From: Escherichia coli
GTDB lineage: Bacteria; Pseudomonadota; Gammaproteobacteria; Enterobacterales; Enterobacteriaceae
DNA length: 64,000 nt
Strand: one strand, 5' to 3'
NCBI RefSeq assembly: GCF_003790525.1
Contig: NZ_CP033635.1
In this document: one piece after another, positions 15,734-25,469 of the stretch
Layout: every line of letters begins with the position of its first letter
Numbering within the stretch: the stretch's first letter is position 1
Made by a program: the position numbers and the translations under genes
The notes under the pieces: model-generated
What the model was told of the DNA's origin: nothing
The model's database searches: none
What the model saw: only the letters and a program-made list of their open reading frames with translations

Positions 15734-16708
15734 ATGATAAAACATCTTACCTTACCGAAAAAAATGGCTGCAATGGTACTTCTTGCAGGCGCTGCCCTCA
15801 GCATTGCGCCTGTACAGGCAGCCTCCTACCCAACCAAACAGATCGAGTTAGTCGTTCCCTACGCTGCCGGAGGCGGTACGGATCTGGTTGCCCGTGCCTT
15901 TGCTGATGCCGCCAAAAACCATTTACCCGTCAGCATCGGGGTTATCAATAAACCTGGCGGAGGCGGTGCTATCGGCCTGAGTGAAATCGCCGCTGCCCGC
16001 CCTGGCGGTTACAAAATTGGTTTAGGCACGGTTGAACTGACCACCCTTCCCAGCCTCGGAATGGTGCGTTTTAAAACCAGCGATTTTAAACCCATTGCCC
16101 GTCTAAACGCGGATCCGGCTGCTATCACCGTCCGTTCTGATGCGCCGTGGAATAGCTATGAAGAATTTATGACTTACGCCAAAGCGAATCCCGGAAAAGT
16201 ACGCATTGGTAACTCAGGCACCGGAGCTATCTGGCATCTGGCGGCAGCTGCACTGGAAGACAAAACGGGTGCGAAGTTTTCTCATGTCCCGTATGACGGC
16301 GCAGCCCCTGCCATTACAGGCCTGTTAGGCGGGCATATTGAAGCGGTTTCCGTAAGCCCAGGAGAAGTTATCAACCATGTGAAAGGCGGCAAGCTGAAGA
16401 CACTGGTAGTGATGGCGGATGAGCGAATGAAAACCATGCCTGACGTCCCGACGTTAAAAGAGAAAGGCGTTGATCTCTCCATCGGCACCTGGCGCGGCCT
16501 GATTGTGTCGCAAAAAACGCCGCAGGATGTGGTGGATGTTCTGGCAAAGGCAGCAAAAGAGACGGCTGAAGAGCCTGCATTCCAGGATGCACTGCAAAAG
16601 TTGAATCTCAACTATGCATGGCTTGACGCTGCCAGCTTCCAGACCCAAATCAGCGAACAGGAAAAGTACTTTGACGAGTTGCTGACTCGCCTGGGCCTGA
16701 AAAAATAA
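15734..16708 (+). CDS. Tripartite tricarboxylate transporter (TTT) periplasmic substrate-binding protein, TctC/Bug family
   Basis: 324 aa with signal peptide (MIKHLTLPKKMAAMVLLAGAALSIAPVQA); characteristic YPTKQIELVVPYAAGGGTDL. Confidence 0.75.
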   Translation: MIKHLTLPKKMAAMVLLAGAALSIAPVQAASYPTKQIELVVPYAAGGGTDLVARAFADAAKNHLPVSIGVINKPGGGGAIGLSEIAAARPGGYKIGLGTVELTTLPSLGMVRFKTSDFKPIARLNADPAAITVRSDAPWNSYEEFMTYAKANPGKVRIGNSGTGAIWHLAAAALEDKTGAKFSHVPYDGAAPAITGLLGGHIEAVSVSPGEVINHVKGGKLKTLVVMADERMKTMPDVPTLKEKGVDLSIGTWRGLIVSQKTPQDVVDVLAKAAKETAEEPAFQDALQKLNLNYAWLDAASFQTQISEQEKYFDELLTRLGLKK

Positions 16709-16721
16709 ACCTGAGGTACGG

Positions 16722-17231
16722 TTGATGAACACAAAACAGTCTGTTGCTCAACTCGCCGTACCGCACCGCAAGCGCCTTTCATCAACGATGGTGGTGGCGC
16801 TGTTACTTTGTGTGGTTGCTGGCGCGGTGATGATTAATGCCGCTGATTTTCCAGCAACTGCCATTGAAACGGATCCCGGTGCAAGTGCCTTCCCTACCTT
16901 CTATGCCTGTGCCCTGATTGTGCTCGCTGTCTTGCTGGTGATACGCGATCTTTTGCAGGCAAAACCAGCCTCTTGCGCCAACGCACAGGAAAAACCGGCA
17001 TTCAGGAAAACGGCAACAGGAATTGCGGCAACCGCGTTTTATATTGTGACGATGAGCTACTGCGGTTATCTCATTACTACTCCTGTTTTCCTCATCGTCA
17101 TTATGACGTTGATGGGCTACAGGCGATGGGTACTCACACCGGGTATTGCGCTGCTGTTAACGGCAATCCTCTGGTTGCTGTTTGTCGAAGCGTTACAGGT
17201 GCCATTGCCTGTCGGCACATTTTTCGAATAA
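16722..17231 (+). CDS. TTT small membrane subunit, TctB-like
   Basis: 169 aa, four predicted TM helices, immediately between TctC-like and TctA-like genes. Confidence 0.65.
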   Translation: MMNTKQSVAQLAVPHRKRLSSTMVVALLLCVVAGAVMINAADFPATAIETDPGASAFPTFYACALIVLAVLLVIRDLLQAKPASCANAQEKPAFRKTATGIAATAFYIVTMSYCGYLITTPVFLIVIMTLMGYRRWVLTPGIALLLTAILWLLFVEALQVPLPVGTFFE

Positions 17232-17243
17232 CAGGGGCCAGCA

Positions 17244-18734
17244 ATGTTTGAAAGTGAACTTTTAACTCAGGGTTTTTCGACATTACTCAATAATCCTCAG
17301 GCGCTGCTGTTTGCCACTTTTGGGGTGATGCTGGGTATTGTGATTGGCGCTTTGCCTGGTCTGACAGCGACCATGGGTGTGGCGATTTTGCTGCCTTTCA
17401 CCTACGGCATGGAGCCTGTTTCTGGCTTGTTGATGATTTGCGGCGTCTTTTTTGGTGGCGTCTACGGTGGTTCTATCACCGCAATTTTGCTCAAAATTCC
17501 CGGAACGCCTGCCGCCGCAGCCACCGCTATTGATGGTTATGAGCTGACGAAACAGGGAAAAGCAGGGCTGGCATTGAGTGCCGCCACGTTCTCTTCCTTT
17601 AGTGGCGGAACGCTCAGCATTATCGTGCTGATGTTTCTCTCTCCGGTACTTGCCAGTTGGGCGCTGAAATTTAGTGCCTCGGAGTCCTTCGCCCTGGCAA
17701 CCTTCGGACTGAGCATTATTGCCAGTATTTCCGGTGAGTCACTGATTAAAGGGCTGATTGCCGGGGTTGGCGGATTGCTGATCGCAACGATAGGCCTTGA
17801 TCCAATGGGCGGTTTTCCACGGTTTACAGGTGGATTTGTGGAGCTGATGAATGTGCCATTTATCCCGGTGATGATTGGTTTATTTGCTGCTTCAGAAGCA
17901 TTCCGCTCTATGGAGCAAAACCAGCAAATTCGTCAGGGGGCGAAGGTGGCTATCGGCAGTCTGTTACTGCCCTGGCAAACACTACGCCGCATTGCATTAA
18001 CCATTTTGCGCTCATCAGGATTAGGGGTTTTTATCGGCATGATCCCCGGTGCGGGGGCGGATATTGCAGCTTTTGTTGCCTATAACGAAACTCGTCGTTT
18101 CAGTAAGACACCAGAAAACTTTGGTAAGGGTGAAATTAAAGCTGTGGCCTCCTGTGAGGCAGGCGCGAATGGCTGCACCGGTGGCGCATTGTTACCTATG
18201 CTGACGCTGGGGATCCCTGGCGATGCGGTAACCGCCATCATGCTGGGCGCGTTAACGTTACAGGGAATGCAACCAGGCCCGCTGATGTTTACCGACCACG
18301 GCGATATGGTTTATACACTGTTTGTCGGCATGATCTTCTGTTACTTCATGCTACTAGTTCTTGGACTGCTCTCTTTGAAAGTCATCGGTAATGTGGTGAA
18401 AATTCCCGGCAATATTCTCACACCGATGATCCTCGCACTTTGTGTGGTCGGGACTTATGCGTTGAACAATAGCCTGTTTGATGTTGGCATTATGCTGATT
18501 GCAGGCGTGGTGGGCTATTTCATGCAGAAAGGAGGATATCCGGCATCACCCGTAGTGCTGGCATTGATTATGGGGCCAATGGCGGAAAGTAATTTTCGCC
18601 GTGCGCTGTCGCTTTCTGGTGGGTCACTCGACTTTCTGTATACCCGACCGATAACTCTGGCATTGCTGACTCTGGCAGCCTTTACGCTACTGACGCCAAT
18701 AATCCGCAAAATAATGCGTTTACGGCGTCAATAA
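17244..18734 (+). CDS. TTT large permease subunit, TctA-like
   Basis: 496 aa polytopic membrane protein with duplicated G-rich motifs (LPGLTATMGVAILLP / IPGAGADIAAFVAYNE). Confidence 0.75.
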   Translation: MFESELLTQGFSTLLNNPQALLFATFGVMLGIVIGALPGLTATMGVAILLPFTYGMEPVSGLLMICGVFFGGVYGGSITAILLKIPGTPAAAATAIDGYELTKQGKAGLALSAATFSSFSGGTLSIIVLMFLSPVLASWALKFSASESFALATFGLSIIASISGESLIKGLIAGVGGLLIATIGLDPMGGFPRFTGGFVELMNVPFIPVMIGLFAASEAFRSMEQNQQIRQGAKVAIGSLLLPWQTLRRIALTILRSSGLGVFIGMIPGAGADIAAFVAYNETRRFSKTPENFGKGEIKAVASCEAGANGCTGGALLPMLTLGIPGDAVTAIMLGALTLQGMQPGPLMFTDHGDMVYTLFVGMIFCYFMLLVLGLLSLKVIGNVVKIPGNILTPMILALCVVGTYALNNSLFDVGIMLIAGVVGYFMQKGGYPASPVVLALIMGPMAESNFRRALSLSGGSLDFLYTRPITLALLTLAAFTLLTPIIRKIMRLRRQ

Positions 18735-18741
18735 CTGATAT

Positions 18742-18769
18742 CGCTCCCCGAAGTTGGGGAGCGTTTTTT
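18742..18769 (+). terminator. Rho-independent terminator after the tct-like operon (overlaps the 3' end of udp)
   Basis: CGCTCCCC-GAAGTT-GGGGAGCG hairpin followed by T6. Confidence 0.65.
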
Positions 18770-19532
18770 ATTTCAGCAGACGACGCGCCGCTTCCACCAC
18801 GATTTTCACCGCATGGCTTTCGGTTTGTTTCATCGTCTCAGCATTCGGGATCTCTTGCTGGGTGCGGTTAACGATAACCCCCGCTACCATACCGGCACGC
18901 AGGCCCTGACTTGCACACATGGTCAGCAGGGTTGCAGATTCCATTTCATAGTTCATTACGCCCATCGCCTGCCACTCTTCCATAGAACCTTTAAAGTGAC
19001 GAACTACGCGACCAGAGTAAGTATCGTAACGTTCCTGACCCGGGTAGAAGGTATCAGAAGAAGCCGTCACACCAACGTGAGTGGTGGCACCAATTGACTT
19101 CGCCGCTTCAACCAGCGCAGTCGTACATTCGAAATCAGCGACAGCCGGGAATTCCAGCGGTGCGAAGTGCAGGCTCGCACCATCCAGACGAACAGACGCC
19201 GTGGTAACCAGGACATCGCCAACATTAATATGCGGCTGAATAGCGCCTGTTGTGCCGATACGCAGGAAGGTGCGAATGCCCAGCTGTGCCAGCTCTTCAA
19301 CAGCAATAGAGGTAGACGGGCCGCCGATACCGGTAGAGCAGACGATAACAGGTTTACCATCCAGCTCTGCACGCCAGGTGGTGAATTCGCGATGAGATGC
19401 CAGCTTAACCGGCTTATCCATCAGCGCGGCGATCTTTTCCACACGATCCGGGTCGCCAGGGACGATGGCAAGCGTAGCCCCTTGTAAATCGTTTTTAGTG
19501 AGGCCGAGATGAAAAACATCAGACTTGGACAT
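18768..19532 (-). CDS. udp: Uridine phosphorylase
   Basis: [35 protein letters not shown]..., full-length Udp. Confidence 0.95.
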   Translation of the reverse strand: MSKSDVFHLGLTKNDLQGATLAIVPGDPDRVEKIAALMDKPVKLASHREFTTWRAELDGKPVIVCSTGIGGPSTSIAVEELAQLGIRTFLRIGTTGAIQPHINVGDVLVTTASVRLDGASLHFAPLEFPAVADFECTTALVEAAKSIGATTHVGVTASSDTFYPGQERYDTYSGRVVRHFKGSMEEWQAMGVMNYEMESATLLTMCASQGLRAGMVAGVIVNRTQQEIPNAETMKQTESHAVKIVVEAARRLLK

Positions 19533-19657
19533 ATACAACTCCTCTGTGAATCGGTTTAGTCAGAAGAAGCAAAAAGACACTTTACCGAAGGGTTTAACAT
19601 TTTTTCGTGATACTCATCACCATGACGAAAATGCGTTGCATAAATTTACCCGCCAAA

Positions 19658-19674
19658 AGTGATGCAAATCACAT
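19658..19674. promoter_or_regulatory. CRP-like site (aGTGAtgcaaaTCACAt) in the udp/ysgA divergent promoter region
   Basis: Match to TGTGA-N6-TCACA; udp is a known CRP/CytR-regulated gene. Confidence 0.4.
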
Positions 19675-19793
19675 AAATCACTCTTCATTCTGCAGGACTG
19701 CATAAAAGATGAGCCGATTCAGGCAATGTGATTTGTTGCATGCTGACTATAGTTAACATTGCGCAACATTTTTATAAGGGTACGGAGAATACC

Positions 19794-20603
19794 ATGGCAA
19801 CAACACAACAATCTGGATTTGCACCTGCTGCATCGCCTCTCGCTTCGACCATCGTTCAGACTCCGGACGACGCGATTGTGGCGGGCTTCACCTCTATCCC
19901 TTCACAAGGGGATAACATGCCTGCTTACCATGCCAGACCAAGGCAAAGCGATGGCCCACTGCCAGTGGTCATTGTAGTGCAGGAAATTTTTGGCGTGCAT
20001 GAACATATCCGCGATATTTGTCGCCGTCTGGCGCTGGAGGGGTATCTGGCTATCGCACCTGAACTTTACTTCCGCGAAGGCGATCCGAATGATTTTGCCG
20101 ATATCCCTACGCTGCTTAGCGGTCTGGTAGCAAAAGTGCCTGACTCGCAGGTGCTGGCCGATCTCGATCATGTCGCCAGTTGGGCTTCCCGCAACGGCGG
20201 CGATGTTCATCGTTTAATGATCACCGGATTCTGCTGGGGTGGACGTATCACCTGGCTGTATGCCGCGCATAATCCACAACTGAAAGCAGCGGTGGCATGG
20301 TACGGCAAATTAACCGGCGATAAGACGCTGAATTCACCGAAACAACCTGTTGATATCGCAACCGATCTTAACGCGCCGGTTCTCGGCTTATATGGTGGTC
20401 AGGATAACAGCATTCCGCAAGAGAGTGTGGAAACGATGCGCCAGGCGCTGCGGGCAGCAAACGCGAAAGCAGAGATTATCGTGTACCCGGATGCAGGGCA
20501 TGCGTTCAACGCCGATTATCGTCCGAGCTATCATGCCGAGTCTGCGAAAGACGGCTGGCAGCGAATGTTGGAATGGTTTACACAGTATGGTGTTAAAAAG
20601 TAA
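19794..20603 (+). CDS. ysgA: Dienelactone hydrolase-family protein (carboxymethylenebutenolidase-like) YsgA/DlhH
   Basis: MATTQQSGFAPAASPLASTIVQTPDDAIV... alpha/beta hydrolase; RBS ggag before the chosen ATG. Confidence 0.85.
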   Translation: MATTQQSGFAPAASPLASTIVQTPDDAIVAGFTSIPSQGDNMPAYHARPRQSDGPLPVVIVVQEIFGVHEHIRDICRRLALEGYLAIAPELYFREGDPNDFADIPTLLSGLVAKVPDSQVLADLDHVASWASRNGGDVHRLMITGFCWGGRITWLYAAHNPQLKAAVAWYGKLTGDKTLNSPKQPVDIATDLNAPVLGLYGGQDNSIPQESVETMRQALRAANAKAEIIVYPDAGHAFNADYRPSYHAESAKDGWQRMLEWFTQYGVKK

Positions 20604-20669
20604 CGCCATAGTCGCTAAATCTGATGATTAAGCTCACACAATTTCAACGATTTTTTTAATCTCAAAACC

Positions 20670-20698
20670 ATACAGCATCAAAAAATTTGTTGCTGTAT
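20670..20698. promoter_or_regulatory. Perfect inverted repeat ATACAGCA-N13-TGCTGTAT, with a related direct-repeat copy (AAAAATTTcGTTGCTGT) ~70 bp downstream; candidate operator upstream of the accessory operon
   Basis: Read directly in the 256-bp ysgA / hydrolase intergenic region. Confidence 0.45.
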
Positions 20699-20859
20699 GC
20701 CACTCTTTGACTCCCTTCACATTCGTCATCACACCACCTGCTGAATGCAAAAATTTCGTTGCTGTGCGGCAAACTTTTTTCCTGTTTTGTGCCGCTTTTC
20801 TCCTGAATACTCGTTCTCAGAACAACTGGATCGTTTAAACATCAGACAGGAGATTTACC

Positions 20860-21528
20860 ATGACGCAATCCATTTTTCAGGCTCAACCCTTTGAATTACC
20901 TTTTGATCCGCGCACAACTGCACTGGTCATGATCGACATGCAGCGTGACTTTGTCGAAGCAGGGGGCTTCGGTGAGGCACTGGGCAATGATGTTTCACTG
21001 GTACGCACGGCTATCGCACCATGTACAGAGGTGCTGGCAGCCGCACGTCAAAAAGGAATTATGGTTATTCATACTCGTGAAGGCCATCGTGCAGACTTAA
21101 GCGACTGCCCGCCAGCCAAACTGACGCGCGGCGGAAAAACCTTTATTGGTGAACCAGGACCGATGGGACGCATTCTGGTCAGAGGTGAAGCAGGTCATGA
21201 CATCATTCCTGAACTGTACCCGGTGGCAGGCGAACCGGTGATTGATAAGCCTGGCAAAGGCGCGTTTTATCAAACCGACTTACATCTGATTTTGCAAAAC
21301 CACGGTATCAAGACGCTGATAGTTTGTGGTGTTACAACCGAAGTTTGCGTAACCACCACCGTGCGCGAAGCAAATGATCGTGGCTATGAATGCATTATCC
21401 CGGAAGATTGTGTCGGCTCCTATTTCCCGGAATTCCAGAAATACGCCCTCGAGATGATCAAAGCACAAGGTGCCATTTTCGGTTGGGTTACTGATTCCAA
21501 AGCCATTATTGCAGGCCTGGAAGGCTAA
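20860..21528 (+). CDS. Isochorismatase-family cysteine hydrolase (amidohydrolase of RutB / biuret-hydrolase / N-carbamoylsarcosine amidase type)
   Basis: 222 aa; ALVMIDMQRDF (Asp), conserved Lys, LIVCGVTTEVCV (nucleophile Cys); RBS aggag. Confidence 0.75.
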   Translation: MTQSIFQAQPFELPFDPRTTALVMIDMQRDFVEAGGFGEALGNDVSLVRTAIAPCTEVLAAARQKGIMVIHTREGHRADLSDCPPAKLTRGGKTFIGEPGPMGRILVRGEAGHDIIPELYPVAGEPVIDKPGKGAFYQTDLHLILQNHGIKTLIVCGVTTEVCVTTTVREANDRGYECIIPEDCVGSYFPEFQKYALEMIKAQGAIFGWVTDSKAIIAGLEG

Positions 21529-21533
21529 CACCG

Positions 21534-22394
21534 ATGGTACAGGTTACGCTTTGCGCATCGTCGTTGGGATATCTTTTCCCGCAGAATGAAACGCAAGATT
21601 TACGTCTACATAGCGCTTTTAAACATGCGGTAAATCTGTATTCAGACGCGGGAACATTCATCACTCTGTTGTGTGCGCAAACGTATCTGAATCTCCCTGA
21701 TGCAGCCAGAGTCTGGCTACCTGAATGTTGGGACTGGCGAAGAGAGATTGCCCATTCAGATCCCATTCAGTTAACCCCAGGCTTACTGCGGACACCTCGA
21801 TTTTGTGTGGCGCTCGAAAACGCAACGCTCTGGCAGTCGCCATTTGTGGGGGGAATGCTGACACTTGAGGCATTCCCTTTGGTTTTCCAGCACTACCCAA
21901 CGATGGCATCGCAACGGCTTTTATTTTGTCTGGAACATAACGTTCAAAGCACATTGCACCTGCCGGATAGTCTCACGCACCAGGGATTAGCGATTATGGA
22001 GCATCCAGATGCGCTGGAACGCCAGGTGCCACAACTGATCGGCTTTGGTAAAGGCTTAACGCCCGATGGAGATGACTATTTGTTGGGCTATCTGGCAGCA
22101 CTCTGGTTATGGCAACTCCCTGCACCACTTGCCGATCATCAATACCGGTTGCAGCAGGTAATTGATCAACATGCGCACAACACCACGGATATCAGTCGTC
22201 ATTATCTGGAGCGTGCGCTTCAGGGACATTTTTCAGAACCGATTTGCCAGTTACTCGCACAACTGGTTGGGAGTGCATCGGCAATGACAATCGCATCCTG
22301 TGCAGAACAGGTCATGCAATTTGGCGCAACGTCAGGAGTAGATTGCCTTGCAGGAATGCTGCATGGCTTTCGAACCCTGAACACCATAAATTGA
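21534..22394 (+). CDS. DUF2877-like protein (YlbF/AllH-like component of the FdrA module)
   Basis: 286 aa; assignment from family resemblance and position beside FdrA-like and DUF1116-like genes; the least secure assignment in the cluster. Confidence 0.5.
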   Translation: MVQVTLCASSLGYLFPQNETQDLRLHSAFKHAVNLYSDAGTFITLLCAQTYLNLPDAARVWLPECWDWRREIAHSDPIQLTPGLLRTPRFCVALENATLWQSPFVGGMLTLEAFPLVFQHYPTMASQRLLFCLEHNVQSTLHLPDSLTHQGLAIMEHPDALERQVPQLIGFGKGLTPDGDDYLLGYLAALWLWQLPAPLADHQYRLQQVIDQHAHNTTDISRHYLERALQGHFSEPICQLLAQLVGSASAMTIASCAEQVMQFGATSGVDCLAGMLHGFRTLNTIN

Positions 22395-22488
22395 TTTCAA
22401 CCTTTTCTCCCGTAGCCCGTTTATGGGGCTACACGGGGATGCTTTGCCCGAATTTTGCTATCGGGCGGAATGAAACAGGCGTAACAGC

Positions 22489-24048
22489 ATGAAAGTTAAA
22501 TATAAAGTTTTCAGTAATCTTTATCAGGACTCAGTTTCTCTGATGCAGATTTCCGCGCAAATCAGCAAGTTGCCCGGTATTCAACAGGCCTCGGTCGTCA
22601 TGGGAACACCCAATAATCTCGAGCAATTGAGCGATGCGGGTCTGGGTAACGAAATCAACGCCAGTCCCAATGATTTAGTGATTGCAGTCATGGGTGAAGA
22701 AGATATTTGCAATGAAGCACTGGTACTGGCCCAGCAACGTCTGACCAGCAAACCCGATGATGAAACGGATAGTGGCATTAAAACACCGGAAAAGGTCAGC
22801 CTGGAAATGGCACTGGAAGCCGAGCCCGAAGCCAACCTGGCACTCATTTCTGTACCGGGAGACTACGCCGCCGCCGAAGCAATTAAAGCGTTAAACCTCG
22901 GAATGAACGTGATGATGTTCAGCGATAACGTCAGTATCGTGCAGGAAAAATCCATCAAAACGCTTGCCCGAGAACGTCAGCGCATCGTAATGGGACCTGA
23001 CTGTGGAACCGCCATTGTTAACGGCATTCCGTTAGGCTTCGCTAATGTGGTGAAACGCGGAGCAATTGGTGTTATTGGCGCGTCAGGCACCGGGCTACAG
23101 GAAGTGACTTGCCGAATCGACCAGCTCGGAGCGGGTATTTCTCAGGCGTTGGGAACAGGCGGACATGATCTCAGTGAAGAGATTGGTGGAATATCGATGC
23201 TCTTCGCTTTAGATGCGCTGGCGCAAGACGATGAAACTCGCGTGATTGTGCTTATTTCAAAACCGCCTTCACCGATCGTTGCCCGGACTATTCTGGAGCG
23301 TGCCGAGGCTTGTGGAAAACCCGTGGTGGTGAATTTCCTCGGTGCGAATCCGCATGATCTGGCACGTCCCAATATCACCGCGGCCACCACACTTGCCAGC
23401 GCCGCAAATATCGCCGTGGCGTTACTGAATGATCAACCACTTCCGACTATCGAGACCGAAATTTCCTGCGACGATCTCACAATGTTACAAAACGCCTGCC
23501 AGCGCCTGCCAGCCCATCGCCAGGCGATACGCGGTGTTTTCGCCGGAGGAACCTTCTGCTACGAAGCGCAACTTATCTGCCAACAAAAGGGATTCAGCGC
23601 AGCCTCCAATACGCCAGTTGCGGGTAATCGTGCTCTGGCAAATATCTGGCAAAGCGAAGATCACACGTTGATCGATATGGGCGACGATGATTTCACCCGT
23701 GGCAAACCGCATCCAATGATCGACCCGACTCTGCGCAATCAACGTCTGCTCAACGAACTCAACGACTCACACACTGCCGTCGTGTTATTCGACCTGGTAC
23801 TTGGTTATGGCGCTTCCACGACGCCTGCCAGCGAATTACTGGACCAACTTTCACACATCGACATGAATAACGCACCGTTGCTGATTGCGCACGTTTGCGG
23901 AACGGAAGCTGATCCGCAAATACGCAGTCAGCAGATAAGCGCACTACAAAATGCAGGGGTCATCATCGCCAGCAGCAATGCACAGGCGGCGTTATGGGCC
24001 AGCACCGTTGCACAGACTCAGTTGCAGAAAAAGGGGCTAAACGCATGA
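22489..24048 (+). CDS. FdrA-like protein (succinyl-CoA synthetase alpha-like / acyl-CoA synthetase-like fold)
   Basis: 519 aa; MMFSDNV, VMGPDCGT, GVIGASGTG, HPMIDPTLRNQ motifs typical of FdrA/AllF family. Confidence 0.75.
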   Translation: MKVKYKVFSNLYQDSVSLMQISAQISKLPGIQQASVVMGTPNNLEQLSDAGLGNEINASPNDLVIAVMGEEDICNEALVLAQQRLTSKPDDETDSGIKTPEKVSLEMALEAEPEANLALISVPGDYAAAEAIKALNLGMNVMMFSDNVSIVQEKSIKTLARERQRIVMGPDCGTAIVNGIPLGFANVVKRGAIGVIGASGTGLQEVTCRIDQLGAGISQALGTGGHDLSEEIGGISMLFALDALAQDDETRVIVLISKPPSPIVARTILERAEACGKPVVVNFLGANPHDLARPNITAATTLASAANIAVALLNDQPLPTIETEISCDDLTMLQNACQRLPAHRQAIRGVFAGGTFCYEAQLICQQKGFSAASNTPVAGNRALANIWQSEDHTLIDMGDDDFTRGKPHPMIDPTLRNQRLLNELNDSHTAVVLFDLVLGYGASTTPASELLDQLSHIDMNNAPLLIAHVCGTEADPQIRSQQISALQNAGVIIASSNAQAALWASTVAQTQLQKKGLNA

Positions 24049-25469
24049 ATACCTTATTTAATCAGCCTTTGAAGGTTGTGAACGCGGGACTACACAGTTT
24101 TGCTGACAATATTCAACATGCCGGGGGAAGCGCAATTGCACTCAACTGGCAGCCACCAGCACAAGGCGATATTGACGCTGGATTGGATCTGGCATCGTTG
24201 CTACGTCATCCCCTGGTAGAAAATGCCAACCAAATCGCCATGACACGTTATCTCGAAGCACAGCCCGTGCTGGTGGATGTCATGCTCGCTAAAGAGGCCA
24301 TTCCAGAAATGGCTGAACAAAAACGTATTTTGCACTCTGGCCCGCCGATTGCCTGGGAAGAGATGTGTGGTCCGGTAAAAGGGGCGATTATTGGTGCCAT
24401 GCTGTACGAAGGTTGGGCCACCAGCCAGCAAGACGCTGAAAACCAAATAAACGCAGGCGAAATCGACCTTGCCCCTTGTCATCATTATCACGCGGTTGGC
24501 CCAATGGCAGGCATCATCAGCCCGTCGATGCCGTTATGGGTGGTAGAAAACAAAACCAACGGCCACCGTACTTTTAGCAATTTCAATGAAGGTCTGGGTA
24601 AGGTTCTCCGTTTTGGCGCCAATAACGATGAAGTTCTCAATCGTCTGGCCTGGATGCGCGATGAACTGGCGCCGGCAATGAAAGCAGCAATCGCACAACA
24701 CGGCGAGCTGGAACTCAAGCCATTAATGGCGCAGGCGCTGCATATGGGGGATGAAGTTCATAACCGCAATGCTGCCGCTACCGGTTTGCTGATTAAGCGC
24801 CTGCTCCCGGCATTGCTGGCCTGCTCTCTTCCACAGGAACATATCCAGCGCGTCGTGGCATTTATCACCGGTAACGATCACTTCTTCCTCAATCTTTCGA
24901 TGGCCGCCTGTAAAGCAATGATGGATGCCGCCGCCAATGTACCGTTCAGTTCAATGGTTACGGTGATGGCGCGTAACGGGGTGAATTTTGGTATTCGGCT
25001 TTCCGGTACTGGCGATCGCTGGTTCCAGGCTCCTGCCAATGCCGTTGAAGGTCTGTTCTTCCCCGGATTTGGCGTCGACGATGCCGCTGCTGACCTGGGT
25101 GATAGCGCAATTACTGAAACCGCAGGTGTGGGTGGCTTCGCGATGGCGTCGTCTCCGGCGATCGTCAAATTTGTGGGAGGCACCCCTGCCGATGCCACCA
25201 ATAACAGCCGTCGGATGCAAGCCGTCACCCTCGGCGGTAACCCCGCATTTACACTTCCAGCCCTCAATTTTGCCCCCACCGCAGCAGGGATTGATGCGCG
25301 TAAAGTGACCGATCGCGGCATTTTACCGGTCATCAATACGGGTATCGCCCACAAACAAGCGGGGGTCGGGCAAATTGGTGCCGGGATCACCACTGCGCCG
25401 ATGGCCTGTTTTGTCGCCGCTGTACGTGCACTGGCGGAGATCGTCGCAAAGGAGAACCATCATGGTTAA
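24045..25469 (+). CDS. DUF1116-like protein (YlbE/AllG-like)
   Basis: ~474 aa; start ATG overlaps the FdrA-like stop (ATGA), so translationally coupled. Confidence 0.6.
   Translation: MNTLFNQPLKVVNAGLHSFADNIQHAGGSAIALNWQPPAQGDIDAGLDLASLLRHPLVENANQIAMTRYLEAQPVLVDVMLAKEAIPEMAEQKRILHSGPPIAWEEMCGPVKGAIIGAMLYEGWATSQQDAENQINAGEIDLAPCHHYHAVGPMAGIISPSMPLWVVENKTNGHRTFSNFNEGLGKVLRFGANNDEVLNRLAWMRDELAPAMKAAIAQHGELELKPLMAQALHMGDEVHNRNAAATGLLIKRLLPALLACSLPQEHIQRVVAFITGNDHFFLNLSMAACKAMMDAAANVPFSSMVTVMARNGVNFGIRLSGTGDRWFQAPANAVEGLFFPGFGVDDAAADLGDSAITETAGVGGFAMASSPAIVKFVGGTPADATNNSRRMQAVTLGGNPAFTLPALNFAPTAAGIDARKVTDRGILPVINTGIAHKQAGVGQIGAGITTAPMACFVAAVRALAEIVAKENHHG

Larger units (their letters stand above)
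13079..18767. other. Accessory block between rmuC and udp (adjacent in my recollection of the K-12 map): IclR regulator, DgoK-like kinase, DgoA-like aldolase, TctCBA transporter
   Basis: Six same-strand genes flanked by rmuC and udp; no integrase, transposase or flanking direct repeats seen; GC composition looks native. Confidence 0.6.
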
